Below the pieces are notes generated by a model, which was not told where the DNA came from, searched no databases, and was given only the letters and a program-made list of their open reading frames with translations. Position numbers and translations under genes: made by a program. A DNA stretch of 63,995 nt, filler included, from an uncultured bacterium (GTDB lineage: Bacteria; DAOPZR01), in the NCBI GenBank assembly GCA_964637655.1. It is 5 parts of 5 records of this genome, joined end to end, with 100 filler letters (N's around TTAATTAATTAA, not from the genome) between each part and the next. Parts side by side here need not be neighbours in the genome. Positions count along the whole stretch, not along the records: positions 1 to 13,100 come from CAZWUZ010000087.1; 4 more parts are not named here. One strand, 5' to 3'. Each line of letters opens with the position of its first letter. Positions within the stretch are counted from its first letter, which is position 1. This document shows positions 1 through 7,729 of this stretch, piece after piece.

Positions 1-123
1 CTCTCCCGCCGGGAGAGGAAGCCGCGAAGCGGCAGGGCAGACACGGCCGGACGTACCCCCTCACCCGACGCTGCGCGTCGCCCTCTCCCAAAGGAGAGGG
101 GACTGATTGGCTGAATAGTTACG
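1..123 (-). repeat. MITE/REP-like element (CCCTCTCCC-hairpin family), cut by the window start
   Basis: 61-89 TCACCCGACGCTGCGCGTCGCCCTCTCCC is the exact reverse complement of 61201-61229. GCTGAATAGTTAC at ~110-122 matches the reverse complement of the GnAACTATTCA ends at 48110, 60941 and 61166. Confidence 0.75.
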
Positions 124-240
124 CGGATTCGGAAATTACGCAGTGCGCGACGCCGGTTAGCCGGCAGGGTATTCTGCAGGATGTGGCAGGGCGCGTTAGA
201 GAGCGGATTCAGGAAAAACGCAGTGCGCGACTCCGGTAGC
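123..240. repeat. Two imperfect ~38-bp direct repeats, 80-bp period
   Basis: GCGGATTC..ACGCAGTGCGCGAC.CCGGT starts at 123 and at 203. Confidence 0.7.
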
Positions 241-276
241 GGACGAGGGAACAGGAAAACGTCAGGAGGAGCGCGT

Positions 277-311
277 AAAAAGAGCGTGCCGCCCGTGATG
301 GGGCGGCACGC
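277..311 (-). terminator. Intrinsic terminator after the two small membrane-anchored genes
   Basis: 11-bp stem GCGTGCCGCCC/GGGCGGCACGC followed on the minus strand by TCTTTTT. Confidence 0.75.
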
Positions 312-325
312 CGGGGAATACCGAC

Positions 326-757
326 TCAGTTGAAGAGGTAGCCGCTGCCGTCGCACTCCGGTTCGAGTGAAAGCTGTTGCATCGCACCGCCGCCACCCTG
401 ACGCATGCCGCGCGGTCCCTCATCACGGTCATTGCCGCGTTGCCAGTCGTTGCGTTCGCCGCGGAACTGCTGCATGCCGCCGCCGTCGCGCCGACCGCGC
501 CGCATCTCGCGCACATCGCCGCGCTCGTCATCACGTTCGCGCCGGTCACCACGCATCCCCTCGCGCCGGTCGTCGCCGCGCTGCCCCATCATGTCACAAC
601 CGGGCATGCCGCGCTCGCCTGCCTGGTATTGCATGCCGCGCGCTTTGCCGCTGATGAAAGCCGCTTTGACTGTCGCCATGCTGCTGATGATGCTGGCCAG
701 AATGATGCACAGGCCAAGCGTCAGTGCCGCGAAAAAGAGTCCTTTGTTGGTCACCAT
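326..757 (-). CDS. Small single-TM protein with Gly/Arg/Met-rich disordered tail ending GYLFN
   Basis: AGGAGA RBS; hydrophobic N-terminus; paralogous to the upstream ORF. Confidence 0.7.
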   Translation of the reverse strand: MVTNKGLFFAALTLGLCIILASIISSMATVKAAFISGKARGMQYQAGERGMPGCDMMGQRGDDRREGMRGDRRERDDERGDVREMRRGRRDGGGMQQFRGERNDWQRGNDRDEGPRGMRQGGGGAMQQLSLEPECDGSGYLFN

Positions 758-790
758 GGTTCGTCTCCTGGTCCGGGTCTCTCCCGGAAG

Positions 791-1180
791 TTAGTTGAAG
801 AGGTAGCCGCGTCCGTCATTGCGCCCGCGCTGCGGGGTTGCTTGCGGGCGTGCCTGCCGGTTAGTGCGGCTGTAGCCGTCGCGCCCGCTGCGCTGACCGC
901 GCTGCTGCATGAAATCCTGCCCGCGATTACCGCGCTGCTCGCGGTAGTCCGCCCGCTGCCACGGGGCGCTGCCGCCGCCGCCATGCCCGCGGTTCTGCTG
1001 CCAGCCGCGCATATCGCGCCCCTGCTTGCCGGCGCTGCCCGCCTTGCGGATCGAGCAGGAAACCATCGCTGCCGAGAGCAGCAGGCACAAGCCAAGTATC
1101 CCTGCTGCCGTCAGGATGGTCTTGTTGAGTGTCCACCAGCCTTTTGGTGTTGCTGTTCCGGTGTTCGTTTCTTCTGTCAT
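791..1180 (-). CDS. Small single-TM protein with Gly/Arg/Gln-rich tail ending GYLFN
   Basis: AGGAG RBS; shares NK..L.AA..LGLC and DG.GYLFN with 326-757. Confidence 0.7.
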   Translation of the reverse strand: MTEETNTGTATPKGWWTLNKTILTAAGILGLCLLLSAAMVSCSIRKAGSAGKQGRDMRGWQQNRGHGGGGSAPWQRADYREQRGNRGQDFMQQRGQRSGRDGYSRTNRQARPQATPQRGRNDGRGYLFN

Positions 1181-1211
1181 GTTCGTACTCCTTTCCCGTT
1201 GTCTGCCTGCA

Positions 1212-2420
1212 TCATACCACGGGTGCGATTAGGGTATCATTAGAGGGTTTTTCCGGCAGGCGCAGGTAGAGCGCACCGAGCACAATGAGCAGCGACCCGA
1301 GCAGGAATACCGGCTGCATGCCGATCCGCTCCGCGAGCAGTACCCCCAGCACCGGCACGATCAGTCCGCGCAGCCCCAACAGCGTATACTGCAGTCCGAT
1401 AACACCTTGTATATGCCTGCCGGTGCTGCGGTACAGGTAGTTCTGCCAGGCGAGGTCCCAGGAAAACTGGGTGACGCCGGTAATGACGGTGGCGATGATA
1501 ACCGGCCAGATACCGCCGGCGATACAGTAGAGCAGCCCGGCAAAGGGGACGGTCAGCATGATGCGCTGCAGCGTACGCCGCGGCCCGAGCCGGTCGATTT
1601 CCCGCCCCCAGAAACAGAATGTGAGCGCATTGCCCAGGCCCATGAGTGCGACCAGCAGCCCGATGGCGGCATTGCTCAGGTGCAGTTCGCGCACCTGAAA
1701 GATCGGGAAGAGCGGCAGCACGAGCAGGTTGCCGGTCCCCGCGACCATCTGCGCGACGGTGAACTGCACCAGCGGCGGGCGGCGGCGGATAAACCGCCAG
1801 GAGCGGAGGAGGGGCATCGGGCGCAGCCGTCCGCCGCCGTGCGGGACACGGATGTGCGAAAAGTAATGCGTGGCAATAATCCCGGCGAGCGCCCCGGCGG
1901 GGAAGAGAAACCGGTAACTGTCCGCCCCGAGCCGGTCGAGCAGCACGCCGCCCAGCGCCGCCGACAGCATGATCGACGTGGTGGAAAAGGTGCGCACATT
2001 TCCCATCGCCCGCCCGCGGTACGATTCGGGGTAGACGCGCTGCACGATGACGCTGTAGGCGGGCATCGCCCATGCTTCGAGCAGCCAGACGCCAAGACAG
2101 ACAGTGAGGAAGAACCACGGGTGGCCCGGAGCGAAGAACATCAGTGCCGGGAGCGTGCGCGCGAGCGTCCAGCCGCGGATGCAGGCGGGAACACAACGCG
2201 GGGCGAGCGGGTGCGCGGCGAACCACGAGGTGCCGAGGTAGCCGAGGTACGGGGCTGCCGCGACGAGGCCGATGGCGAGCGGCGACAGGTCGAGGCGCAC
2301 GGCGACGACGGGAAAATATGAGAGGACAAACCCGTAGTACATCCCCCAGAAGAGGGCGGCGCGCGTGTCCCACCAGTAGGCGGGACGCATCATGAGCGGG
2401 AAGGAGCGGGTGAAGAACAT
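1212..2420 (-). CDS. MFS transporter
   Basis: 402 aa with many TM helices; RGRAMG and GxxxDRLGxR motifs. Confidence 0.85.
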   Translation of the reverse strand: MFFTRSFPLMMRPAYWWDTRAALFWGMYYGFVLSYFPVVAVRLDLSPLAIGLVAAAPYLGYLGTSWFAAHPLAPRCVPACIRGWTLARTLPALMFFAPGHPWFFLTVCLGVWLLEAWAMPAYSVIVQRVYPESYRGRAMGNVRTFSTTSIMLSAALGGVLLDRLGADSYRFLFPAGALAGIIATHYFSHIRVPHGGGRLRPMPLLRSWRFIRRRPPLVQFTVAQMVAGTGNLLVLPLFPIFQVRELHLSNAAIGLLVALMGLGNALTFCFWGREIDRLGPRRTLQRIMLTVPFAGLLYCIAGGIWPVIIATVITGVTQFSWDLAWQNYLYRSTGRHIQGVIGLQYTLLGLRGLIVPVLGVLLAERIGMQPVFLLGSLLIVLGALYLRLPEKPSNDTLIAPVV

Positions 2421-2460
2421 GGTGGAGGCGGGACGGCGCTACGCCGCCCCGCGCCTCAGC

Positions 2461-4161
2461 TCATTCGTTGTGCGGTATCTCGTAGACACTGCCGCCGATG
2501 AACTCGCGGATGGGCGACGTCGGCGGGATGACCGACAGGTCGGGGAGCGGCGCCACCGTCTCCATCAGCGCGTGCAGGCGCAGGCCGCGCACGTAGGGGT
2601 CGAGCCGCCCCTGCTCGCGCAGCGACTCGACGAACTCGCGCGACGGGAGCATCGACCCCAGCGCGGTCTTGAGCGCCGCCAGTTCGTACGGCAGCCCCGA
2701 GTTGATCACCGCCTCGGTGGTGAAGATGTACGGGATGATGTGCTTGAGTTCCCCCTTGCGCACGTAGGGCCAGTGCGGCAGGGTGTGCTCGGGGTTGTAG
2801 CCGCGATGCGAGTAGTCGCGCAGCATGCGCTTGAGCATGCGGATGTCCGACCAGCGCGTCGGTTCGCCGGTGATGTGACGGATGACGTTCATCGACTCGA
2901 TATAGATGCGGAACTTCTTCTTGACCGGGACCGCCGCGGTCAGCTGCGAGAAGAGGCCGTGCAGGCAGTCGATGAGCAGGATCTCGTCATTCGCCAGCGC
3001 GAAGGGAATGGTCTTGTCGCGCTTCCCCAGCTTGAAGTTGTAATGCGGCATGTCGATCGGTTTGCCCTGCATGAGCAGGTCGAGATGCTCGTTGAGCAGC
3101 GGGATGTCGATCGCCTCGGGCATCTCGAAATCATAGTCGCCGAATTCGTCCTTCGGCTGCTGGTCGAGGTTCTTGAAGTAGTTGTCGATATTGAGGGTTT
3201 TGAGCTTCAGCCCCTCCTTTTCCAGTTCCTGCCCGACGATGACCGTGGTCGTCGTCTTGTTGCTGCAGGAAGGGCCGGCCACGATGATGACGCGCAGTTC
3301 GTGCTTGCGCTCGAGGATGCGCGCCGCCGCCGCCAGCACGCCGTCGCGGTAGCGCCGCTCCGAGGCGTCGATCAGGTCGCCGAGGTTCTTGCCGCGCCGC
3401 CCGAGCACCCAGTCATTGAGCGAAAAGATGCTGTCGCACTCGTGCGCGATGTTCCAGGCGATGCACTGCCCGATGACCGCGCGGTGGATGCCGTCGTTGG
3501 TGAACTGCGCCGGGGAGATGTCGCCGCTGCGGATCTTGATCTTCCCCTCGCGGAAGAGCATGTAGGCCTCGGCAATCTCGATCTCGCCGATGTCGCGCAG
3601 CAGCGTCTCCACGGTGTCCTGCACGTCCTCGCGCCCCGGGTACATCAGCTCGTTGCCCGGCTGCGCGGCGACCAGTTCCTCCGTCTTGCGCGCGAGGAAG
3701 ACGCTGATGTCGGTGGCCAGGTCGGGGGTGTAGGCCGGCTGCTGCCCGTCGGTGTAGCGCGTGTCGATGGTGAAGGTGCGGAACTCGTCGGCGACGAAGT
3801 CCGCCACCGTTGCCGGCGATGTTTTCGCCGTCTTGCCCGCGAGGAACAGCTCGCGCAGGGCGAAGGCGAGCCGCGTCGTCACGCGCGCGTGGTCGAGCCG
3901 CCGCAGCCGCTCCTCGGGCTTGTAGCTGCAGTACATCGTCACGAATTTGTGCTTGAGCGCCTTGGGATCGTAGAAGTCGCGGTAGAGTTTCTCGGCGACC
4001 AGGTCGGCGTACTTGCGCGCGCGCAGTTCGGGCGCGCGGCGGTCGGAACCGTCGACGTCGATGATGGTGTTGGTGATCGAGCGGACGATCTTCTCGCGCT
4101 CGAACTCCACGACCTTGCCCTGCTTGTTGATGATCCTGGTGACGGTGTTCGGGATGCCCAT
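2461..4161 (-). CDS. ATP-cone + uridine/nucleoside kinase family protein
   Basis: N-terminal INKQGKVVEFEREKI and EDVQDTVE..L...AEAYMLFR (ATP cone); AGPSCSNKTT, DNYFK, YDFEMPEAID, RMLKRMLRD (uridine kinase). GGAGG RBS before ATG 4161. Confidence 0.85.
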   Translation of the reverse strand: MGIPNTVTRIINKQGKVVEFEREKIVRSITNTIIDVDGSDRRAPELRARKYADLVAEKLYRDFYDPKALKHKFVTMYCSYKPEERLRRLDHARVTTRLAFALRELFLAGKTAKTSPATVADFVADEFRTFTIDTRYTDGQQPAYTPDLATDISVFLARKTEELVAAQPGNELMYPGREDVQDTVETLLRDIGEIEIAEAYMLFREGKIKIRSGDISPAQFTNDGIHRAVIGQCIAWNIAHECDSIFSLNDWVLGRRGKNLGDLIDASERRYRDGVLAAAARILERKHELRVIIVAGPSCSNKTTTTVIVGQELEKEGLKLKTLNIDNYFKNLDQQPKDEFGDYDFEMPEAIDIPLLNEHLDLLMQGKPIDMPHYNFKLGKRDKTIPFALANDEILLIDCLHGLFSQLTAAVPVKKKFRIYIESMNVIRHITGEPTRWSDIRMLKRMLRDYSHRGYNPEHTLPHWPYVRKGELKHIIPYIFTTEAVINSGLPYELAALKTALGSMLPSREFVESLREQGRLDPYVRGLRLHALMETVAPLPDLSVIPPTSPIREFIGGSVYEIPHNE

Positions 4162-4272
4162 GGCTGCCTCCGTGCTGCGTCGTTTTCCCGCCGCAACAGT
4201 ATACCACAAAAGCACGCCGGAGGCAACGGGATTTCCCGGGGGCAGCGACGGGAATTACGGATACAAAAACGC

Positions 4273-5196
4273 TCAGGCGGGGGGCGGGGTAAGACCGAAC
4301 GCCAGTGCGGCGGTGTCGTTGCGCAGGATGGCGGTGCCGTCACCGGTGACGACCGGCAGCGTGGCCGGATCGGCGCCGCGCAGCACGGCCATGGCCAGGC
4401 GCGCGGTCGCGGCGCCGAGCGCGTGGTTGTCGGTGGCAACGGTGGCGACCCCGCCGAGCGGCACGTAGGTGCCGTCAGCGGGGTAGAGCGGGAGGCGCAG
4501 GTCCTGACATGAGCGCAGCAGCGCCGGCCAGGCCGCCGCTACGGTGTTATCGAGGGTCATATAGAGCGCGTCCGCCTCGCCGCGGAGCGAGTGTACCGCC
4601 GTCGCGACGGTGGCGCTGTCGTTGACGCTGCGCTCGACCAGCGTGAGGCCCTGCGCGGCACAGACGGCGCGCAGGCGCCCGGTGACGGCGCGTGCCCCGA
4701 TTTCCGCCGGGGTGCTGATGACCGCCAGCCGGGTGAGTGACGGCTGATACTGGCGGATCAGTGCCACCTGCCGCTCGACCGGGGTGCGGTCGCTGGTGCC
4801 GGTCAGGTTTCCCCCGGGTTCCTCCAGCGAACGCACGAGGCCGGCCGCGACGGGGTCACTGACCGCGGCAAAAATCACCGGAATATCTGTCAGCGCGCGC
4901 GCGCAGGCCTGTGCCGCCGGGGTGGCGATGGCAATGACCAGGTCGGGCCGGGTGGTGGCCAGCTGGCCGGCGATGGCTGCGGCGGTGGCGGCTTCGCCCC
5001 GGGCGTTGTGTTCGGTCAGGACCATGGCGAACGAATCGGCGGCGAACTGCGCGAGGATGCCGTCGCGGATGGCGTCGAGCGCGGGATGCGGCACGTACTG
5101 CAGCAGCGCGACGTGCGGCACCTCCGGCGCGGTGGCATCGCCGCAGGCGGATAGCAGGCCGCAGAGCAGGAGCAGAAATGTCAGCAGGCAGCGCAC
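4273..5196 (-). CDS. ABC transporter substrate-binding lipoprotein (Trp/Tyr-type ABC_sub_bind)
   Basis: Lipobox LSAC; HPALD, IATPAAQ, AVSDPV.AGLV and PGGNLTGTSD motifs; GTG start after GAGGTG. Confidence 0.9.
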   Translation of the reverse strand: MRCLLTFLLLLCGLLSACGDATAPEVPHVALLQYVPHPALDAIRDGILAQFAADSFAMVLTEHNARGEAATAAAIAGQLATTRPDLVIAIATPAAQACARALTDIPVIFAAVSDPVAAGLVRSLEEPGGNLTGTSDRTPVERQVALIRQYQPSLTRLAVISTPAEIGARAVTGRLRAVCAAQGLTLVERSVNDSATVATAVHSLRGEADALYMTLDNTVAAAWPALLRSCQDLRLPLYPADGTYVPLGGVATVATDNHALGAATARLAMAVLRGADPATLPVVTGDGTAILRNDTAALAFGLTPPPA

Positions 5197-5307
5197 GGTC
5201 TCACCTCGCAGTTGTGATGCTCCGACTCTACGTACTGCCGCGGGATGTGTCAAGGATTCCGGTGCTGCTGCTGACGCCTGCGGTCTGGTATGGTATAAAC
5301 AGCGTGC

Positions 5308-5384
5308 GCGCCCGTAGCTCAGCTGGATAGAGTACCTGGCTTCGAACCAGGGGGTCGGGGGTTCGAATCCCTCCGGGCGCACCA
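5308..5384 (+). tRNA. tRNA-Arg, anticodon TCG
   Basis: Acceptor stem GCGCCCG/CGGGCGC plus ACCA; anticodon arm CCTGG-CT TCG AA-CCAGG; GTTCGAATC T-loop; TGnTATAAA promoter just upstream. Confidence 0.97.
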
Positions 5385-5526
5385 GTGTGCAGGGGCGATC
5401 GCGGTTGCGCCTATCTGTCGTGTGAGAAGAAAGCGGGAGCGCCTGGAAAAACTGTTCTGCAGCGGCAACGTGGTGCGCGACTGCGGTTGAGGATTTCGGA
5501 TGGCGAGAGATCGGCAGGAGCGCATA

Positions 5527-5634
5527 CAAAAAGGAAAGCCGGGCGTTTCGGAGCGCCCGGCATCCTTATAAGGGATGGTTAGTCCTCGCTGATGCCCCGG
5601 CACTTGGGAGGGAAGCCGGTGCATCAACTAAGAG
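5527..5634 (-). ncRNA. Candidate small RNA: long hairpin with CCCUCCC loop, short hairpin, intrinsic terminator
   Basis: Minus strand CTC..GTTGATGC.CCGGC TT CCCTCCC AA..GCCGG.GCATCAGC GAG, then GCCGGGCG/CGCCCGGC plus TTTCCTTTTT. No minus-strand gene upstream needs this terminator. Confidence 0.5.
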
Positions 5635-5695
5635 ATTTATCGGCACTATGCCGGGAAACTTTATTCTTTTTTTGTGCAGTGGCGGAGAATACCCG

Positions 5696-6847
5696 ATGAC
5701 CAGGAATATCGGTATACTTATCGTGCTGCTGGTGCTCGGGATGCAGTCCGCGGCACTGGCCTGGGGCAAAGACGGGCATCAGTGGATTGTGCGCGAAGCG
5801 GTCGGACTGATGCCCGACACCTACGCGGCGACCATGCGCGAATACTACCTGCGCTATATCTACCGCCGGGTGATGGCGCCCGACCAGCGCAAGTCGCAGG
5901 ACGAGACGGAAGCCCCGAAGCACTTCCTCGATGTCGAGGATTACGCGGCGGCGGGACTTTCCGCCGCCGCCATGCCGTGGGACATGGCGCGCGCGCTCAA
6001 GGCGGTCGGGCCACGCCGCTTCCGCGAGTACGGACAGGGTCCGTGGGCGGTACGCGACACCTACGAACAGCTGGTGGCGGCGCTGCGCGCACGCGACTGG
6101 GCGACCGCACGGCGGATGTTCGCCGATATCTCCCACTACGTGGGTGACCTCGCGCAGCCGCTGCACGCCACGCGCAACTACGACGGGCAGGTGACCGGCA
6201 ACCGCGGGGTGCATGCGCGTTTCGAGATGGACCTGCTGCAGCGCTGCCTCAGCGAGGTGCCGAAGGCAACGGGCGAAGTGCCGGCGTTGGGCGACCCGCT
6301 GGCCGCGGCCTTTGCCCTGGTGCGGGCGAGCAATAGCCGGGTCGATGCGGTGATGGCGGCCGACCGCAAGGCCGCCTGGGACCCCGCCCTCTATGACAAT
6401 ACCTACTACCGCGCCTTCCAGGCGGAGATCATGCCGGTCATGGTCGCCTCGCTGCATGACGGCGCGCGCGCGCTGGCGGCCTATTATCTCGCCGCGCTGA
6501 TCGCGGCGGAGCAGGGCGGGGTGGTGACCGACAGCACGGCGCTGGCGGGAGCGGAGGCCGAGCCCGAAGTGAATTTTGTCGCGCGTGACGCGGAAATGGA
6601 TCGCGGCTGGCGCCGTCGTGACAGAAATGAACGCGAGGCGGAACCGCGCCCGCTCACGGAGGCGCAACAGAGCCGCCGCTTCTGGCTGATTCTCGCCGGC
6701 GTGCTGATGGGGGGCGGTGGACTGGCGGTCTACCTGCGCTTCGGGCGCCGGCTCTTCCCGCCGCCGCCGCCGGTACAGGAAGAGCTCTTCAGCGAGTCGG
6801 CCCCGCCCGGCGAATCGGCACCCGGTGACCATGCGCGCCTGCTGTAG
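5696..6847 (+). CDS. Secreted S1/P1 nuclease / Zn-dependent phospholipase C family protein with C-terminal TM anchor
   Basis: Signal peptide then WGKDGH; HFLD, HYVGDLAQPLH and VHARFE zinc motifs; hydrophobic helix near the C-terminus. Confidence 0.85.
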   Translation: MTRNIGILIVLLVLGMQSAALAWGKDGHQWIVREAVGLMPDTYAATMREYYLRYIYRRVMAPDQRKSQDETEAPKHFLDVEDYAAAGLSAAAMPWDMARALKAVGPRRFREYGQGPWAVRDTYEQLVAALRARDWATARRMFADISHYVGDLAQPLHATRNYDGQVTGNRGVHARFEMDLLQRCLSEVPKATGEVPALGDPLAAAFALVRASNSRVDAVMAADRKAAWDPALYDNTYYRAFQAEIMPVMVASLHDGARALAAYYLAALIAAEQGGVVTDSTALAGAEAEPEVNFVARDAEMDRGWRRRDRNEREAEPRPLTEAQQSRRFWLILAGVLMGGGGLAVYLRFGRRLFPPPPPVQEELFSESAPPGESAPGDHARLL

Positions 6848-7433
6848 CGTACTGCTGCTGCTGCTGGCGCTGCCGGCGGCAGCGGACACGGACACGTGGC
6901 GCATTGCCGACCGCGTGCTCGACAACGCGCTGCTCACCGCCTACTGGACCGCCGACGAGACCTTTGCCGTCGCGCCCAAGGAAGCGGTGTACGACCGGCA
7001 CGGCATCCTGCTCGGGCACTATCGCGCCGATTTTCTCGATGCGGTGCGGCTCGAGGGGTGGGGCAGAGGGGATGGCAACGGCAATACCGGCGACTTCCTC
7101 GGGCATTACCGCCCGCGCGGATTCTACCGCCATGCGTATCCGCTTGACAGCCGCAACGGCGAACTGGCGGCGTGGCAGACTGTGGCCGCCGGGCGCAACA
7201 TCCCGGTCGGCACCCGCCTGCGCATCCTCGCGCTTCCGCCGGGTCAGCCGCGCGACCCGCAGGTGCGCGAGCGGCTGCTGGCGACGGAGTTCGTCGTGCG
7301 CGACCGCGGGTCATGGCTCAAGCCGTGGCAGTTCGACCTCTACGTTGGCAACCAGTACGCGCCGGAGATGAAAAAAATGCCCGAGTCGTTCCGTATCGAC
7401 TGCGCCGTCGTCGCCCTCGATTTCCCCGACTGA
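6831..7433 (+). CDS. Secreted 3D/RlpA-like (MltA-type barrel) domain protein
   Basis: Signal peptide; TAY, VAAGRNIPVGTRLRI, DRG and FDLYVG motifs. Confidence 0.65.
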   Translation: MRACCSVLLLLLALPAAADTDTWRIADRVLDNALLTAYWTADETFAVAPKEAVYDRHGILLGHYRADFLDAVRLEGWGRGDGNGNTGDFLGHYRPRGFYRHAYPLDSRNGELAAWQTVAAGRNIPVGTRLRILALPPGQPRDPQVRERLLATEFVVRDRGSWLKPWQFDLYVGNQYAPEMKKMPESFRIDCAVVALDFPD

Positions 7434-7544
7434 CCAGCCACTGTATCGTTGCCACTGAGCGTCTGAGGTCCGTCATTTCATGGCGCGCTGCCTGCCGGCG
7501 GGTAAGCGCCCGCAGGCCGTCCCGCTCTCCGTCTCTACGCTTTT

Positions 7545-7619
7545 CTCTGCGTACTCAGCGTGCTCTGCGGTGAACACGCCTTGCTGTGTAGTTCCGTGTG
7601 CTCCGTGTGCTCCGTGGTT
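7545..7619 (-). repeat. Two units of the 9-nt-periodic ACC(A/G)C(A/G)GAG repeat family
   Basis: CTCTGCGTACTCAGCGTGCTCTGCGGTGAA and TTCCGTGTGCTCCGTGTGCTCCGTGGTT. Confidence 0.75.
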
Positions 7620-7729
7620 GCCGGTTTGCGACGGTGTGTCATGCGGTGAGTCACCGGGATCAGCGCGGTGCTTGCCTTGCGGGCGGCAGGGGTGGTATGA
7701 TGCAAGTACCTCGCGCGCGGGAGAAACCC

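Noticed and set aside
123..240. CRISPR array
   Set aside because: Only two divergent repeats, with no cas genes or leader; kept as a low-interest repeat.
2420..2432. TGGTGGAGGCG, matching the tmRNA-like 3' end at 12079
   Set aside because: Only an 11-nt match with no T-arm; it abuts the MFS start codon and is part of a GC-rich intergenic hairpin, so probably chance.
2392..4512. Long antisense ORFs (also 7535-10483, 13435-15105, 20458-23307, 30108-31535, 41214-42887, 61743-63437)
   Set aside because: Shadow ORFs opposite well-supported genes, expected in high-GC DNA; no recognisable motifs.
5197..5529. N-terminal extension of the ABC binding-protein ORF
   Set aside because: It is the antisense translation of tRNA-Arg; the true start is the GTG at 5196 with RBS and lipobox.
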